IMG/VR virus record: IMGVR_UViG_3300004369_000006
Coordinates: 19,288 to 83,287 of that record
Length of the DNA: 64,000 nucleotides
Source of the DNA: a virus
Reading direction: 5' to 3' (one strand)
Shown here: positions 1-9,525 of the stretch, in pieces
Numbering within the stretch: position 1 is the first letter of the stretch
Layout of the letters: every line of letters starts with the position of its first letter
Translations under genes and position numbers: made by a program
Notes under the pieces: generated by a model
Seen by the model: the letters and a program-made list of their open reading frames with translations, nothing else
Told to the model about the DNA's origin: nothing
The model's database searches: none

Positions 1-2
1 TT

Positions 3-2474
3 AATGAAGCTGAAACTAAGAAGTATAAAGCTATTAAAGAACTGCAGGAAGAAATTAAAAAAGAAATAGATGCTCTAAAAGCCGCAGGTTACACTATGGA
101 GCAGGCTAATAAGATGATCTTTAATGACAAAACAGGTAATATTATTAGCAGATATGATTCAGAAAAGCGTAATCTTATATTTCAAGCAAGAGAAAATAAC
201 GATGTAGCATACATTAAATCAATTTATGAACTGACTGATGAAGGTAAGAATCGTTATTTATTAGATTTAGAAACACGTAAAAATCGTTTAGCTGCGATAC
301 ATGGAGAGTTTTCTGCGGCATATAACAAAGCGGTAAGTAAGTTTATTGATGAGAACGACTTAGCCAACTCTGAAAATGCTTGGTTAATTCGTGCAGCGGT
401 AAATAAATATGCTAAGCTTAAGAGTGAAGAAGAGAACTACAGTGAGGAATATAAAAAATTACCACCTGCTGTAAAGAAGTATGTAGACTTCTATTATGCC
501 ACGATGCAGAAGTTTAATGCAGCTTTACCTAATGAGTATATCAGGGAAAACTTTGTGCCTAATCTTAGAGCACAATCTGCTGGTATTCTAAGACAATTAT
601 TAGGGGTAAGTGCCCCTAAAGATTTATTTAATCTTATCAAGCGTAACACGGTAGATGGATTGCGTTTACGTCAGTCTGAGATTACCTCTCTTACCATGGA
701 CATCAATAGTCCTGACTTGCGTGTACCCTTAGCATATAAAGATAACTTTGAGTACTACGATAAAGAAACTCATGAATATCGTGCATCATATACTCGTGAA
801 GAAAACAACTTTGCTAAGAGTAAAGATTTGATGTATAACCTTATTATGTTTGGAGAAGCAGTGTATCACAAATCCTATATGGATGAAACTTTAGATACTA
901 TGCAAGCTCTTATGCAGTATGCTAAATATAAGAAGTCTTATAAGCAAGATATTATTGGGGGTATCAAAGGATTAAACCGTGGTTATAGAACTCCTGAATT
1001 AGAGCAGTCTGATCGTATTTCTAAAAATCTTACGCAGCTTATTCGTACTCATGTTCTACGTGAACACATTACAAGTAAAGATGTAATTATTGGCAAGAAT
1101 ATTTCAGCTAATAAAATGGTAAGTGCCTTAATTAATTCAGCTCGAAACATGGCTTTAGGATTTAACTATAAAGCTGCTTTTGCTGGGTTTATGACAGGAC
1201 AAGCTAACCTATTAGCTTACAGTAGAAAGAATAGGCAGATTACTCGTAAGGGTCTTATGTCTGCATATAAACATATGCGCTCTGCTAATGCTCGTGCTAT
1301 GAATGAGTACTTTGCAATTGAGAAAGAAAACCATACTCAACGTATAGCAAGGGAATCAAGTAAAAGTATTATAAATAGAATCTTTAATCGCGATACACTA
1401 TATGTTTTTTATCGTGCTGAAGAAGTAACTAGTAACCTGGTACTAGGAGCTATGGCTCGTAACTATGGCGTAGATCCTTTAGATGGTAAAGTACGTAGGC
1501 TTGCTGAGATAGATGGTGATGTTAAGAGTATCCATGATATGTGGAAAGAAGCTACAGATTCAGGTAAGACTATTGAAGACCTTCCTCTGACTGATGAGCA
1601 GTTTGCAGAATTTAGAACTATGGTTCGTACTACTTCACGTAGAATTAAGGGTACGAATATGAATGCTGATCAATCTGTATATTCAGGAAATATTTTAAAT
1701 AAAGTATTTGGAATGTTTAGGACGTGGCTTACTCCTATGCTTATGAATATCTATGGGGGTATCCGTTACAATAAAGGAATGGATGACTTTGAGGTAGGTT
1801 CTGCTCGTGTAGCATTGCAAGAGTTAAAGGCTATGTATGACCTAGGATTACGTAAAGGAGCTGCGGGTCTTATGCGTATGGCAGCATCTAGTATTCCTTT
1901 CTTTGGTAGTCGTTTTAGTAAGATGTCAGGACTAAAGTATGAGCTTAGTAAAAAAGCTTCTTTAGAATCTTATGAGAAGTTTATAGCTCTTAATCCTATT
2001 TATGCTAATAAGCTAACGTTAGATGAATGGCATCAGCTTCGTCAAGATACTATGAATATGCATCATAGTTATGTACGTATGCTGGCTACTATACCTTTAT
2101 TACTTGCAGTGTTAGGAGGTGACTTTGATGATGATGGAGAACGTGATAGTAAAAGTATTGGCGTTTTAAACTTAGCCCACCAATTGGTTTCTCGTTTTCA
2201 AACAGAAATGTTATTCTTCTATGACTATTCTGCAATGCGTGAGATTACACAATCTCCTATACCTATTTTAGGATTCCTAAATCTCTATAAGAATGTAACA
2301 GTAAACTCTTTTGATGAAGCACGAGATTATATTGCAGGAGAAAACAAATTAACTAAGACAGGTAAGTCTGCAGATAAAGCTGAACAATGGCATTATAGTA
2401 AAAGATTTGTTCCTTTTATCTATCAGTATGGTAATTTAATTGAAACTTTAAATTTAGATACAGAAGACGAATAA
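3..2474 (+). CDS. C-terminal part of a giant crAss-like virion/cargo protein (5'-truncated by the window)
   Basis: The frame is open from position 3 into the 792-aa track ORF. Long helical protein with a hydrophobic C-terminal segment (MLATIPLLLAVLGG). It lies at the end of the + strand late block, where crAss-like phages keep their giant ejected proteins. Confidence 0.6.
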   Translation, partial: NEAETKKYKAIKELQEEIKKEIDALKAAGYTMEQANKMIFNDKTGNIISRYDSEKRNLIFQARENNDVAYIKSIYELTDEGKNRYLLDLETRKNRLAAIHGEFSAAYNKAVSKFIDENDLANSENAWLIRAAVNKYAKLKSEEENYSEEYKKLPPAVKKYVDFYYATMQKFNAALPNEYIRENFVPNLRAQSAGILRQLLGVSAPKDLFNLIKRNTVDGLRLRQSEITSLTMDINSPDLRVPLAYKDNFEYYDKETHEYRASYTREENNFAKSKDLMYNLIMFGEAVYHKSYMDETLDTMQALMQYAKYKKSYKQDIIGGIKGLNRGYRTPELEQSDRISKNLTQLIRTHVLREHITSKDVIIGKNISANKMVSALINSARNMALGFNYKAAFAGFMTGQANLLAYSRKNRQITRKGLMSAYKHMRSANARAMNEYFAIEKENHTQRIARESSKSIINRIFNRDTLYVFYRAEEVTSNLVLGAMARNYGVDPLDGKVRRLAEIDGDVKSIHDMWKEATDSGKTIEDLPLTDEQFAEFRTMVRTTSRRIKGTNMNADQSVYSGNILNKVFGMFRTWLTPMLMNIYGGIRYNKGMDDFEVGSARVALQELKAMYDLGLRKGAAGLMRMAASSIPFFGSRFSKMSGLKYELSKKASLESYEKFIALNPIYANKLTLDEWHQLRQDTMNMHHSYVRMLATIPLLLAVLGGDFDDDGERDSKSIGVLNLAHQLVSRFQTEMLFFYDYSAMREITQSPIPILGFLNLYKNVTVNSFDEARDYIAGENKLTKTGKSADKAEQWHYSKRFVPFIYQYGNLIETLNLDTEDE

Positions 2475-2494
2475 GCTTTATAATATAATTTTTA

Positions 2495-2502
2495 TATATT
2501 TG
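2495..2502 (+). promoter_or_regulatory. Bacteroidota sigma-A -7 element (TAnnTTTG)
   Basis: TATATTTG in the AT-rich gap upstream of 2568. Confidence 0.55.
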
Positions 2503-2567
2503 GGGTGTAAAGCCAAATAAATTATGTATAATGGAAGCACAGTTGGGAAAGGTAATAACCCTACTAC

Positions 2568-3683
2568 ATGAAAATAATTGACATAGCAACACAGCATTAT
2601 GATGAACTTTATAATGCTGATAGTTTACGAGCTAAGTGCCGAGAATTAGCTGAGCAATATGCAGTAGATAAAACTGCAATTCGTAAACACTTCTACAAGC
2701 TAAGAAAAGAAAGAGAACATTCTGCTCTATATGACTTTGCTGATAAAAATGGGTTTGATGCCAGTCAAGTAAATCACTACTGGTATAAAGGCAAAAGCAT
2801 CTCTGCTCATGTCAAGCCTGAACAAATTACCTACGATGAGATAAAGCAAGAGCTTATAGATGAGCTTAAAAATTATAGTCCAGAATACCCTACTCTAGAA
2901 TATAAACAAACATCAGAGCCACATCTTCTACTTATAGATCCTGCAGATGTACACATAGGTAAGCTAGCCACGTTTATTGAAACAGGAGATGAGTATAATA
3001 CTCAGATTGCCTGTGAAAGGGTGATAAACGGAGTAGAAGGCATATTGAATAAAGCAAAGGGATTTGACATTGATCAAATCCTTTTTGTAGGTGGCAATGA
3101 CATCTTACATATAGATACTCCTAAACGCACTACTACAAGTGGCACACCACAAGATACCGATGGTATGTGGTATGAGAACTTTACTGCAGCAAAAGAAATC
3201 TATATTAAAGCATTAGAAACTTTAGTTACAGTTGCACCTGTACATTTTGTATTTAATCCGTCTAACCACGATTATACAAATGGTTTCTTCTTAGCAGATG
3301 TAATACAGACTTGGTTTAGGAAACATCCTAACATTACTTTTGATTGCAGTATCAGTCATAGGAAATACTACAGGTACTATGATAATTTAATTGGAACTAC
3401 GCATGGTGATGGAGCAAAGCAACAAGACTTGCCATTGCTCATGGCTAATGAAGCAAAAGTAGATTGGGCATCGAGTACATATAGGTATATATACACGCAC
3501 CACGTTCACCATAAAACAGCAAAGGATTTCGCTGGCGTTACTGTGGAAAGTTTAAGGAGTCCTTCAGGAGCTGATAGTTGGCACCATCGTAATGGATATC
3601 AACACGCACCCAAGGCAATAGAAGGATTTATACATTCACGTGACAAAGGACAAATAGCGAGATTAACACATTACTTCGTATAA
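2568..3683 (+). CDS. Calcineurin-like metallophosphoesterase with N-terminal helical/HTH extension
   Basis: Ordered motifs DPADVHIG, GGNDILHID, PSNHD, THGD, HHVHH. Confidence 0.85.
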   Translation: MKIIDIATQHYDELYNADSLRAKCRELAEQYAVDKTAIRKHFYKLRKEREHSALYDFADKNGFDASQVNHYWYKGKSISAHVKPEQITYDEIKQELIDELKNYSPEYPTLEYKQTSEPHLLLIDPADVHIGKLATFIETGDEYNTQIACERVINGVEGILNKAKGFDIDQILFVGGNDILHIDTPKRTTTSGTPQDTDGMWYENFTAAKEIYIKALETLVTVAPVHFVFNPSNHDYTNGFFLADVIQTWFRKHPNITFDCSISHRKYYRYYDNLIGTTHGDGAKQQDLPLLMANEAKVDWASSTYRYIYTHHVHHKTAKDFAGVTVESLRSPSGADSWHHRNGYQHAPKAIEGFIHSRDKGQIARLTHYFV

Positions 3684-3709
3684 AAAAAGCCCCTAATTAA
3701 AGGGGCTTT
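3682..3709. terminator. Intrinsic terminator at the convergence of the two arms
   Basis: AAAGCCCCT-aattaa-AGGGGCTTT hairpin, with an A7 run on the left (U-tract on the minus strand). Confidence 0.8.
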
Positions 3710-3718
3710 CTAATCACA

Positions 3719-3913
3719 CTATTTATCAGAGTTCAATAAGCTCATCAGCTTTTCTATATACAGGCTGAAATCCATAGCTTCCTCCTGCGCATGTTTAAGC
3801 CAATCTATTACTGAAAGATCATCTCGTTCTAGAGTTGTATTGTATTTCTCAATGCCTACTTTAGAACGCTCTCTGTACTTTGCAATAACTGATTCCACGT
3901 GCTTATCCGCCAC
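3719..3913 (-). CDS. Small conserved phage protein, MazG/NTP-pyrophosphatase-like helical fold
   Basis: RSKVGIEKYNTTL...WLKHAQEEAMDFSLY (EExxD); GTG start. Confidence 0.55.
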   Translation of the reverse strand: MADKHVESVIAKYRERSKVGIEKYNTTLERDDLSVIDWLKHAQEEAMDFSLYIEKLMSLLNSDK

Positions 3914-3921
3914 AACAAATC

Positions 3922-4386
3922 CTATTTTACAAAATTACTAAGTTTGACAAAGGTAAGATCATATTTGATACGAATGTCATTCATATCATCTTTGTTCTTA
4001 GCACTACGATTAGCGGCTTTTATAATCTCTGCTTTTGTAAATAGCAAAGGAGCTACTTGTGTAGTTCTTCCTGCGTCACTGCGCTTAGAAGGATCAAACA
4101 AAGACAAGAAGTAATACTGGTCTTTACTGTTTACTTCTTTGTTCTTGTTGTCCATAATTACTACAGGTTGGCAAGGCTTAGATGCCAGGTACAAACTTGT
4201 AGCGTACTTCTTGCTGTTTTCTACAGATTTATTCTTGTACTTCTGTAGTTCAGCAGTGTGCCTGTTAAGGTCGTTTAAGTTCTCATCAATTAGTTCTTTT
4301 ACATCCATGTTTCTTTTGTAAGCAATAACGCCTAGTAACCAAGAAATAATAACTAAAGCAAGAACCGTAATTACATAATAATTCAT
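3922..4386 (-). CDS. Membrane-anchored hypothetical protein
   Basis: N-terminal TM helix followed by a coiled coil; has its own upstream promoter. Confidence 0.6.
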   Translation of the reverse strand: MNYYVITVLALVIISWLLGVIAYKRNMDVKELIDENLNDLNRHTAELQKYKNKSVENSKKYATSLYLASKPCQPVVIMDNKNKEVNSKDQYYFLSLFDPSKRSDAGRTTQVAPLLFTKAEIIKAANRSAKNKDDMNDIRIKYDLTFVKLSNFVK

Positions 4387-4408
4387 ACTGTAATGTTTTG
4401 GAATTCAA

Positions 4409-4416
4409 CAAATATA
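4409..4416 (-). promoter_or_regulatory. Bacteroidota sigma-A -7 element
   Basis: CAAATATA on + is TATATTTG on -, just after the 4419-4452 terminator and before the ATG at 4386. Confidence 0.55.
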
Positions 4417-4418
4417 GT

Positions 4419-4452
4419 AAAAAGGGACACACTTTTACATGTGCCCCCTTTT
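4419..4452 (-). terminator. Intrinsic terminator
   Basis: AAAAAGGGACACA...TGTGCCCCCTTTT imperfect inverted repeat flanked by A/T runs, downstream of the DUF932 gene. Confidence 0.65.
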
Positions 4453-4460
4453 ACATGGCT

Positions 4461-5171
4461 TTATACAACCTCTTCTAAGAAGTATTGAGTAATCTCCTTG
4501 TTCTGCTCTATAGCACCTAGATTACCTTTCTTTAGAACCTCTGTAATGTTATTGTATAGATTCCAAGCACTGCCATTACCATTAGGCATAGCAAAGTTCT
4601 CACTCTGTTCTATCTCACGGGTAAGTGCAGTCAATTGATTAGCACGCAGTAACTCATGCTTATAGAATAAGTCACCGATAATATGTGCAGTATCTGTACG
4701 TCCTAGTTGTTCAGCATGCAGTACTTCTTTAATTGCTGCAGCTTTGTTAATTTGATGACGTAAAGAGTACGTAGTACTATATATCATTTCACCTAGATCA
4801 TCAAACACATTTTTGGTGTGTCTACGCATATAGGTAATATCACCGATTACCATACCATTAGAACATATCATTACCATAGCACCTGCAGCTAAGGCTACCG
4901 ACATACTCTTGTCATAAGAGTTTCGGTATGCTAACATCATCTTAAATGCAGGATCAGGATTATTTAAGTCTTGGATTCCTAAGTAACCAATAACACGTTG
5001 TCCTCCGCTATACAAAGTATGGTAGTTATTGGTAACTGTTAAACCTTGCGTAAATAATTGCTGAGTTAATGCATTGATTAAATACTCATTGCTAATGGGT
5101 TGATACGAAGTAGTTGGTAGTGGAGCTTTAGTTTTGTAAAGGTCTTCGAGATTTGAATTGTAATGTAACAT
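4461..5171 (-). CDS. DUF932/DUF945-family protein
   Basis: YQPISN...RNSYDKSMS...MVMICSNGMV...RRHT...SAWNLYNNITE pattern. Confidence 0.8.
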   Translation of the reverse strand: MLHYNSNLEDLYKTKAPLPTTSYQPISNEYLINALTQQLFTQGLTVTNNYHTLYSGGQRVIGYLGIQDLNNPDPAFKMMLAYRNSYDKSMSVALAAGAMVMICSNGMVIGDITYMRRHTKNVFDDLGEMIYSTTYSLRHQINKAAAIKEVLHAEQLGRTDTAHIIGDLFYKHELLRANQLTALTREIEQSENFAMPNGNGSAWNLYNNITEVLKKGNLGAIEQNKEITQYFLEEVV

Positions 5172-5182
5172 AATGATTAGAA

Positions 5183-5515
5183 TTAAAGGATTAAGAAATT
5201 AGTGTTGTTTAATTCACGGATTAGTTTGTCTAACGTGAGATTGGGATTAATAAATCTAATGTGATCTAAAGTATTAGTGAGATAATAAGTATATAAACCA
5301 TCTGCTCTTCGAATGATATAGACATGCCCTGACGTAGTATTAAAGTCATGCACTAGGTTTATAGTAAATCGCAATACACGATCTTCATATAAACGAATGT
5401 CTGTAGTATTCCAAGATTTAGATAAGATTTTATTACACTTATCGAAAGCATCGTCAAATGCCTCTCCTTCAATTAACAACTTGTTCAAGTTTAACTTCGC
5501 CATCTTTTTCTTCAA
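5183..5515 (-). CDS. Hypothetical protein
   Basis: 110-aa ORF packed in the minus-strand operon. Confidence 0.5.
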   Translation of the reverse strand: MKKKMAKLNLNKLLIEGEAFDDAFDKCNKILSKSWNTTDIRLYEDRVLRFTINLVHDFNTTSGHVYIIRRADGLYTYYLTNTLDHIRFINPNLTLDKLIRELNNTNFLIL

Positions 5516-5942
5516 TATTAGTTAATAGTTGTTCTTTGAGCTTTAGCAATCTGTCTATCTCTTGATTGATAATATGTAAGAAAGACTCAGGTGCTGTGTT
5601 GATATAGCGCACCTCTTTCATGATTTGCTCAAACTTTTTACGTTCATTAGGATACACATCTAACATACCATTATACGTCTTACAATGATATATTATAGTA
5701 GCATGGTTAGGTATTACATTAACCATTCCTGTAGCGTAGTAGTAAGATTCCGCAATATGTTGATAGGGCATATTATATAATTGTCTAATTAGATAATAAT
5801 ATACCCTTCGTATATTGATCAGGGATTTTTCGCGGGATTTACTACCCACCATTTCAGGTGTCGTTTTGTTTAATGGATCAAGATGCTTAATAATTATAGT
5901 AAGTACCTCTTTCCAGTACTTTTCATTAGGAATTGATTGCAT
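5469..5942 (-). CDS. DnaA C-terminal (domain IV/TrpR-like) HTH DNA-binding protein
   Basis: SKSREKSLINIRRVYYYL...YQHIAE...NHATIIYH resembles the DnaA signature (RxxxxxxxR...IG...DHTTVLH). Confidence 0.7.
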   Translation of the reverse strand: MQSIPNEKYWKEVLTIIIKHLDPLNKTTPEMVGSKSREKSLINIRRVYYYLIRQLYNMPYQHIAESYYYATGMVNVIPNHATIIYHCKTYNGMLDVYPNERKKFEQIMKEVRYINTAPESFLHIINQEIDRLLKLKEQLLTNIEEKDGEVKLEQVVN

Positions 5943-5943
5943 A

Positions 5944-6630
5944 TTATATCCATTTAATTTGATACTCTTCTCCGTTTATACCTGTAATGATTTCATTCGC
6001 CATCTTAAAATGATTGCAACCTAGAAATCCTGCATCTAATTTACGTAGTTCTGCTGCAGGATGAGCTGCGGTTAATACATGATGAAATGACTTCATATAC
6101 ATATTCTCAAAAGACTTCGCATGTTTACCCCATAACATAAATATAAGACCACTATTATTTTGTGCAATAAGGTCTATAATCTGCATGGTAATTGGTAACC
6201 ATTCTGCACTGTGGCTATTGGCTTTGCCTTTATGTACAGTAAGAGCAGTATTAAGAAGTAATACACCTTGCTTAGCCCAAGACTCTAATGTATAATCAAA
6301 GTCTTTGCCTTCGCTTTGATACTCTCTATCTAATTCTTTGCGTATTACTTGCAAAGAAGGAGGTATAGTACCATTAGGATTCTTAACACCGAAGGATAGA
6401 CCACTTGCCATACCAGGAGTATGATAAGGGTCTTGTCCTAAAATTACTACCTTGAGGTCTTTGTAAGGGGTTAGTCTAAAAGCTTTGAAAATATCTTGAC
6501 TTTCAGGGTACGTAGGGGCTTGTGATTGCCATTTAGCTATCTGTACACCAATATTCTGAAACTCATTGGTACTAGTGATAGCTTCTAAGGGTTCATACCA
6601 TGTACCCAGCCAAGTTTTTAACACGCTCAT
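5944..6630 (-). CDS. ung: Uracil-DNA glycosylase, family 1
   Basis: VVILGQDPYH, GLSF, PPSL, WAKQGVLLLNTALTV, FMLWG, AHP. Confidence 0.97.
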   Translation of the reverse strand: MSVLKTWLGTWYEPLEAITSTNEFQNIGVQIAKWQSQAPTYPESQDIFKAFRLTPYKDLKVVILGQDPYHTPGMASGLSFGVKNPNGTIPPSLQVIRKELDREYQSEGKDFDYTLESWAKQGVLLLNTALTVHKGKANSHSAEWLPITMQIIDLIAQNNSGLIFMLWGKHAKSFENMYMKSFHHVLTAAHPAAELRKLDAGFLGCNHFKMANEIITGINGEEYQIKWI

Positions 6631-7483
6631 ATTCTTGTTTTGATATTAATTGTGATTCATAAAGTCCATCTATGCCTTCGATATCCATTGCTTGGTATAG
6701 CTCAATATTACTAGGTAATTTCATATTGAGTTTTTCTTCCCAAGCTTCTATTAGAATGTCAGACTTAGAAGTTATGCTACTAATAAAAATGTAATCTCGT
6801 TTAGGAAGACTATTCTTTAGATAACTCATATAGGTTACAGGTAGTAAACTGTATTGACTACGCATAATTGTATTGTAAGATTCAAACCAATAAGGCTTTG
6901 CAATCTTGCTTAGTACAATATAATTATCGTTACCATATGGAGTAGTAAAGACATAATTTTCTTCTAAACATTGAGATTCTACTAGATCTTTAAGTAGTTT
7001 AAATTGCTTATCATTTCGTATTTGCTTGTTATAATGCAATAAGAAATGCACAGCATAACGATATTTCTCTTGTTCTAGTTCAGGATAATATGCAAAAACA
7101 CCAAGGAATAAAGGACTTTCCATAATGTTAAATGCAATCTTACCTGCCGTAGCTGCAAGAAATACCTTAGAAGGATTCTCAATAAAACTATGTAGGGTAA
7201 TCTTCTTCATTGATTTGCTAAGATCAAACGTAGATATCTTAGCAATCTTAAATGGCAAAGACATTTTAATATTTATATCATCAGCAATAATAATATCTCC
7301 TACATTAATTACGTGATCTCCTATATAGAAAGTACCGCAGTAAGATTCCGTTACATTAATCTCTCCTTCGGCTTTTTCTTTAGTTAGGATAGTGCATTCA
7401 TATCCACTTACATGTACTTTGGTATTAGCATTTCTAATATCAATTACCTGTGGCTGGGTTGATGGTTGTATACTCATTGACAA
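6593..7483 (-). CDS. Hypothetical protein
   Basis: 296-aa ORF overlapping both neighbours. Confidence 0.6.
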   Translation of the reverse strand: MSMSIQPSTQPQVIDIRNANTKVHVSGYECTILTKEKAEGEINVTESYCGTFYIGDHVINVGDIIIADDINIKMSLPFKIAKISTFDLSKSMKKITLHSFIENPSKVFLAATAGKIAFNIMESPLFLGVFAYYPELEQEKYRYAVHFLLHYNKQIRNDKQFKLLKDLVESQCLEENYVFTTPYGNDNYIVLSKIAKPYWFESYNTIMRSQYSLLPVTYMSYLKNSLPKRDYIFISSITSKSDILIEAWEEKLNMKLPSNIELYQAMDIEGIDGLYESQLISKQEYERVKNLAGYMV

Positions 7484-8531
7484 TTACTTTACCGTTAGAC
7501 TTACGTACATCCATGGGATAATCATAGCTACCAAGCTGTAAGTACTCTTTGTATTCATCAATGAGCTGTTCATAACCTTTTGTAGGCTTACCACTTGCTA
7601 GGCTATAACCTCCGTTAGTGCCTACTTCTAAGTCTATATCAGACATTTGGAAGATTCGTGGTCTGCCTGTAGATGTAAATGATTCTACCGCAAAATAAGG
7701 ATTTTCTATTACTAAGTCTAATCCTTCTGCTTTTAGCCAATGAGATAATGCAAGTTTATAAAATGCACCTTGTAAGTCATACCTAAATTTACGATAAGAA
7801 TAATCAAAAGAACTTACTGGTCCTTCCTTGACTTTGATGTCAATGATTTGCGCAATGCCTTCATTAGGATTAATACGCACAATATCTAGCATACTCTTAC
7901 ACTTTACTCCTTTATACTCAAAGTATATCGGTAGCTGATACAAGTATGCCCAGTCATCTACATTTTCTTGTTGAGTAATATACTTAGTAGTATAAGGATG
8001 ATTGCGTAAAGACTCCGCAGTTCTAAGAGCCATATCATATCCTTTTTCACTAAGTATTTCTTTATCCTTAGCTTGTAGAATAAACTCAAAGTACGTCTTA
8101 CCTTCTTTGGCAAATCTCTCATATACAAACTTCTCAAAGTTATCACGTTTAATATCTGTATTATCATACGCAGCTTGAAAAGCATCCATGTTGACATCTT
8201 CAATCTTCTCTAATCCTCTTTGCCAGCATATCTTATACAGGTTATGGCAGAAGGTCAGCATCTGCCCCGTAGGGATAACACCAGGATAAACATCAAAGAT
8301 CTCATACATGGACGATTCATCAAGACACAGCAGTGCATCAACAGCAGTACCTATCTTCATAGGTGTGTCACTAAAATCTGGAAACTCAAACTTCTTTTCT
8401 TGTTCTTTCTGTTTCATAATATCAGAAAGTAAGAAGGGATCTACACTTAGTTTAGTAAGCATAGATTGGGATACTCGCTCTTGCTTGTGATAGTCCTTCA
8501 CAGCAAAAGCATTTGAATTAGTTGCAATCAT
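7440..8531 (-). CDS. PD-(D/E)XK exonuclease (RecE/ExoVIII, DUF3799-like)
   Basis: SQSML, GTAVD, YQLPI...KCKSMLD...IIDIKV...YDLQGAFY. Confidence 0.8.
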   Translation of the reverse strand: MIATNSNAFAVKDYHKQERVSQSMLTKLSVDPFLLSDIMKQKEQEKKFEFPDFSDTPMKIGTAVDALLCLDESSMYEIFDVYPGVIPTGQMLTFCHNLYKICWQRGLEKIEDVNMDAFQAAYDNTDIKRDNFEKFVYERFAKEGKTYFEFILQAKDKEILSEKGYDMALRTAESLRNHPYTTKYITQQENVDDWAYLYQLPIYFEYKGVKCKSMLDIVRINPNEGIAQIIDIKVKEGPVSSFDYSYRKFRYDLQGAFYKLALSHWLKAEGLDLVIENPYFAVESFTSTGRPRIFQMSDIDLEVGTNGGYSLASGKPTKGYEQLIDEYKEYLQLGSYDYPMDVRKSNGKVIVNEYTTINPATGN

Positions 8532-9115
8532 AACGAATTAAGGAACTGATTAAATGATGGGGCTTTGAACTTGCCAAAAGAATAAACGTGCCCCGTTTTA
8601 GCGTTTACTCTATAGTCTTCAGGTACAAATGTATTGTGTACTAAAGCACGTGCTGAATTACGCACTACTATTTTTTGTACATAGATACCTAAGGTGGCAT
8701 AAATAAATCGTTGAGTCAAACCAAATACCCTAGCAGCACACATGTCAGCACCAGCAGGGGGTTTAACGTCAATGTAGGATGTAAAAGGTTCCCAATCTCC
8801 TTTACTTAATTGTTCTGCGTAAAAGTAAACCTTATTGTTATACTCTATATTTTTGATGTCTTTATAGAATATACCTTCGGCTTTTTTATTCCACACAATT
8901 ACAAAGTCAGGGGTATAGGTAGTATTAGAAAGTAACTCTTTAGTCACAATCTTATCTTCCTTAGTCACACGTGGTACTTTGTAATTAACAGTTAAATTAG
9001 GAGCTACTTGTGGGAAGGTAGGTTCATAGTCAAAACTATCTACATAACCGTGGTCTTGTAGTGTCTGTAAGTATGAAGCCATAATCTCTTCATCCTTACT
9101 CCTGTATTCTACCAT
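8528..9115 (-). CDS. PD-(D/E)XK endonuclease (T7 endonuclease I/resolvase-like)
   Basis: YRSKDE, YEP, YTPDFVI, YIDVK. Confidence 0.7.
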   Translation of the reverse strand: MVEYRSKDEEIMASYLQTLQDHGYVDSFDYEPTFPQVAPNLTVNYKVPRVTKEDKIVTKELLSNTTYTPDFVIVWNKKAEGIFYKDIKNIEYNNKVYFYAEQLSKGDWEPFTSYIDVKPPAGADMCAARVFGLTQRFIYATLGIYVQKIVVRNSARALVHNTFVPEDYRVNAKTGHVYSFGKFKAPSFNQFLNSL

Positions 9116-9239
9116 TTTTAGTTAGTTTAAGAAATTCCAAGGCATAATAGATACCCTTGGCTTCAAAGTTCTGAAACTCTAAGTCTGAGTTTTCTAGTTC
9201 TTCTGCAATATCTAATAACTCTTTAACTAATTCTTTCAT
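9096..9239 (-). CDS. 47-aa hypothetical protein (not in ORF track)
   Basis: MKELVKELLDIAEELENSDLEFQNFEAKGIYYALEFLKLTKNGRIQE; TAATG coupling with the upstream gene, and it fills the gap exactly. Confidence 0.6.
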   Translation of the reverse strand: MKELVKELLDIAEELENSDLEFQNFEAKGIYYALEFLKLTKNGRIQE

Positions 9240-9523
9240 TAATAATAATAATTTTTGTGACCGCCATTAATCCTTTCAATAGATTCATACTCTCCTCTTG
9301 AATATGAAGATGAATCTCCTGATATACTAATACCTTGACCTACTTTTAGACCCGCTTTATCTAGCATTTCAATAACATCGTCTGCAATTTCATCGGGAGC
9401 ATTCATGCCATCTATAATTTCAATTGAATTCCATTTAGGAACATACATAACAGTAATTCGATGTTCTGAATTTTCTAAAACGTTAACGACTTTATCAAAG
9501 TCTTTCTTAGTTACTTTTATCAT
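9239..9523 (-). CDS. Hypothetical protein
   Basis: Track ORF 9239..9547; the likely start is the ATG at 9523, right after the primase stop. Confidence 0.55.
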   Translation of the reverse strand: MIKVTKKDFDKVVNVLENSEHRITVMYVPKWNSIEIIDGMNAPDEIADDVIEMLDKAGLKVGQGISISGDSSSYSRGEYESIERINGGHKNYYY

Positions 9524-9525
9524 TT

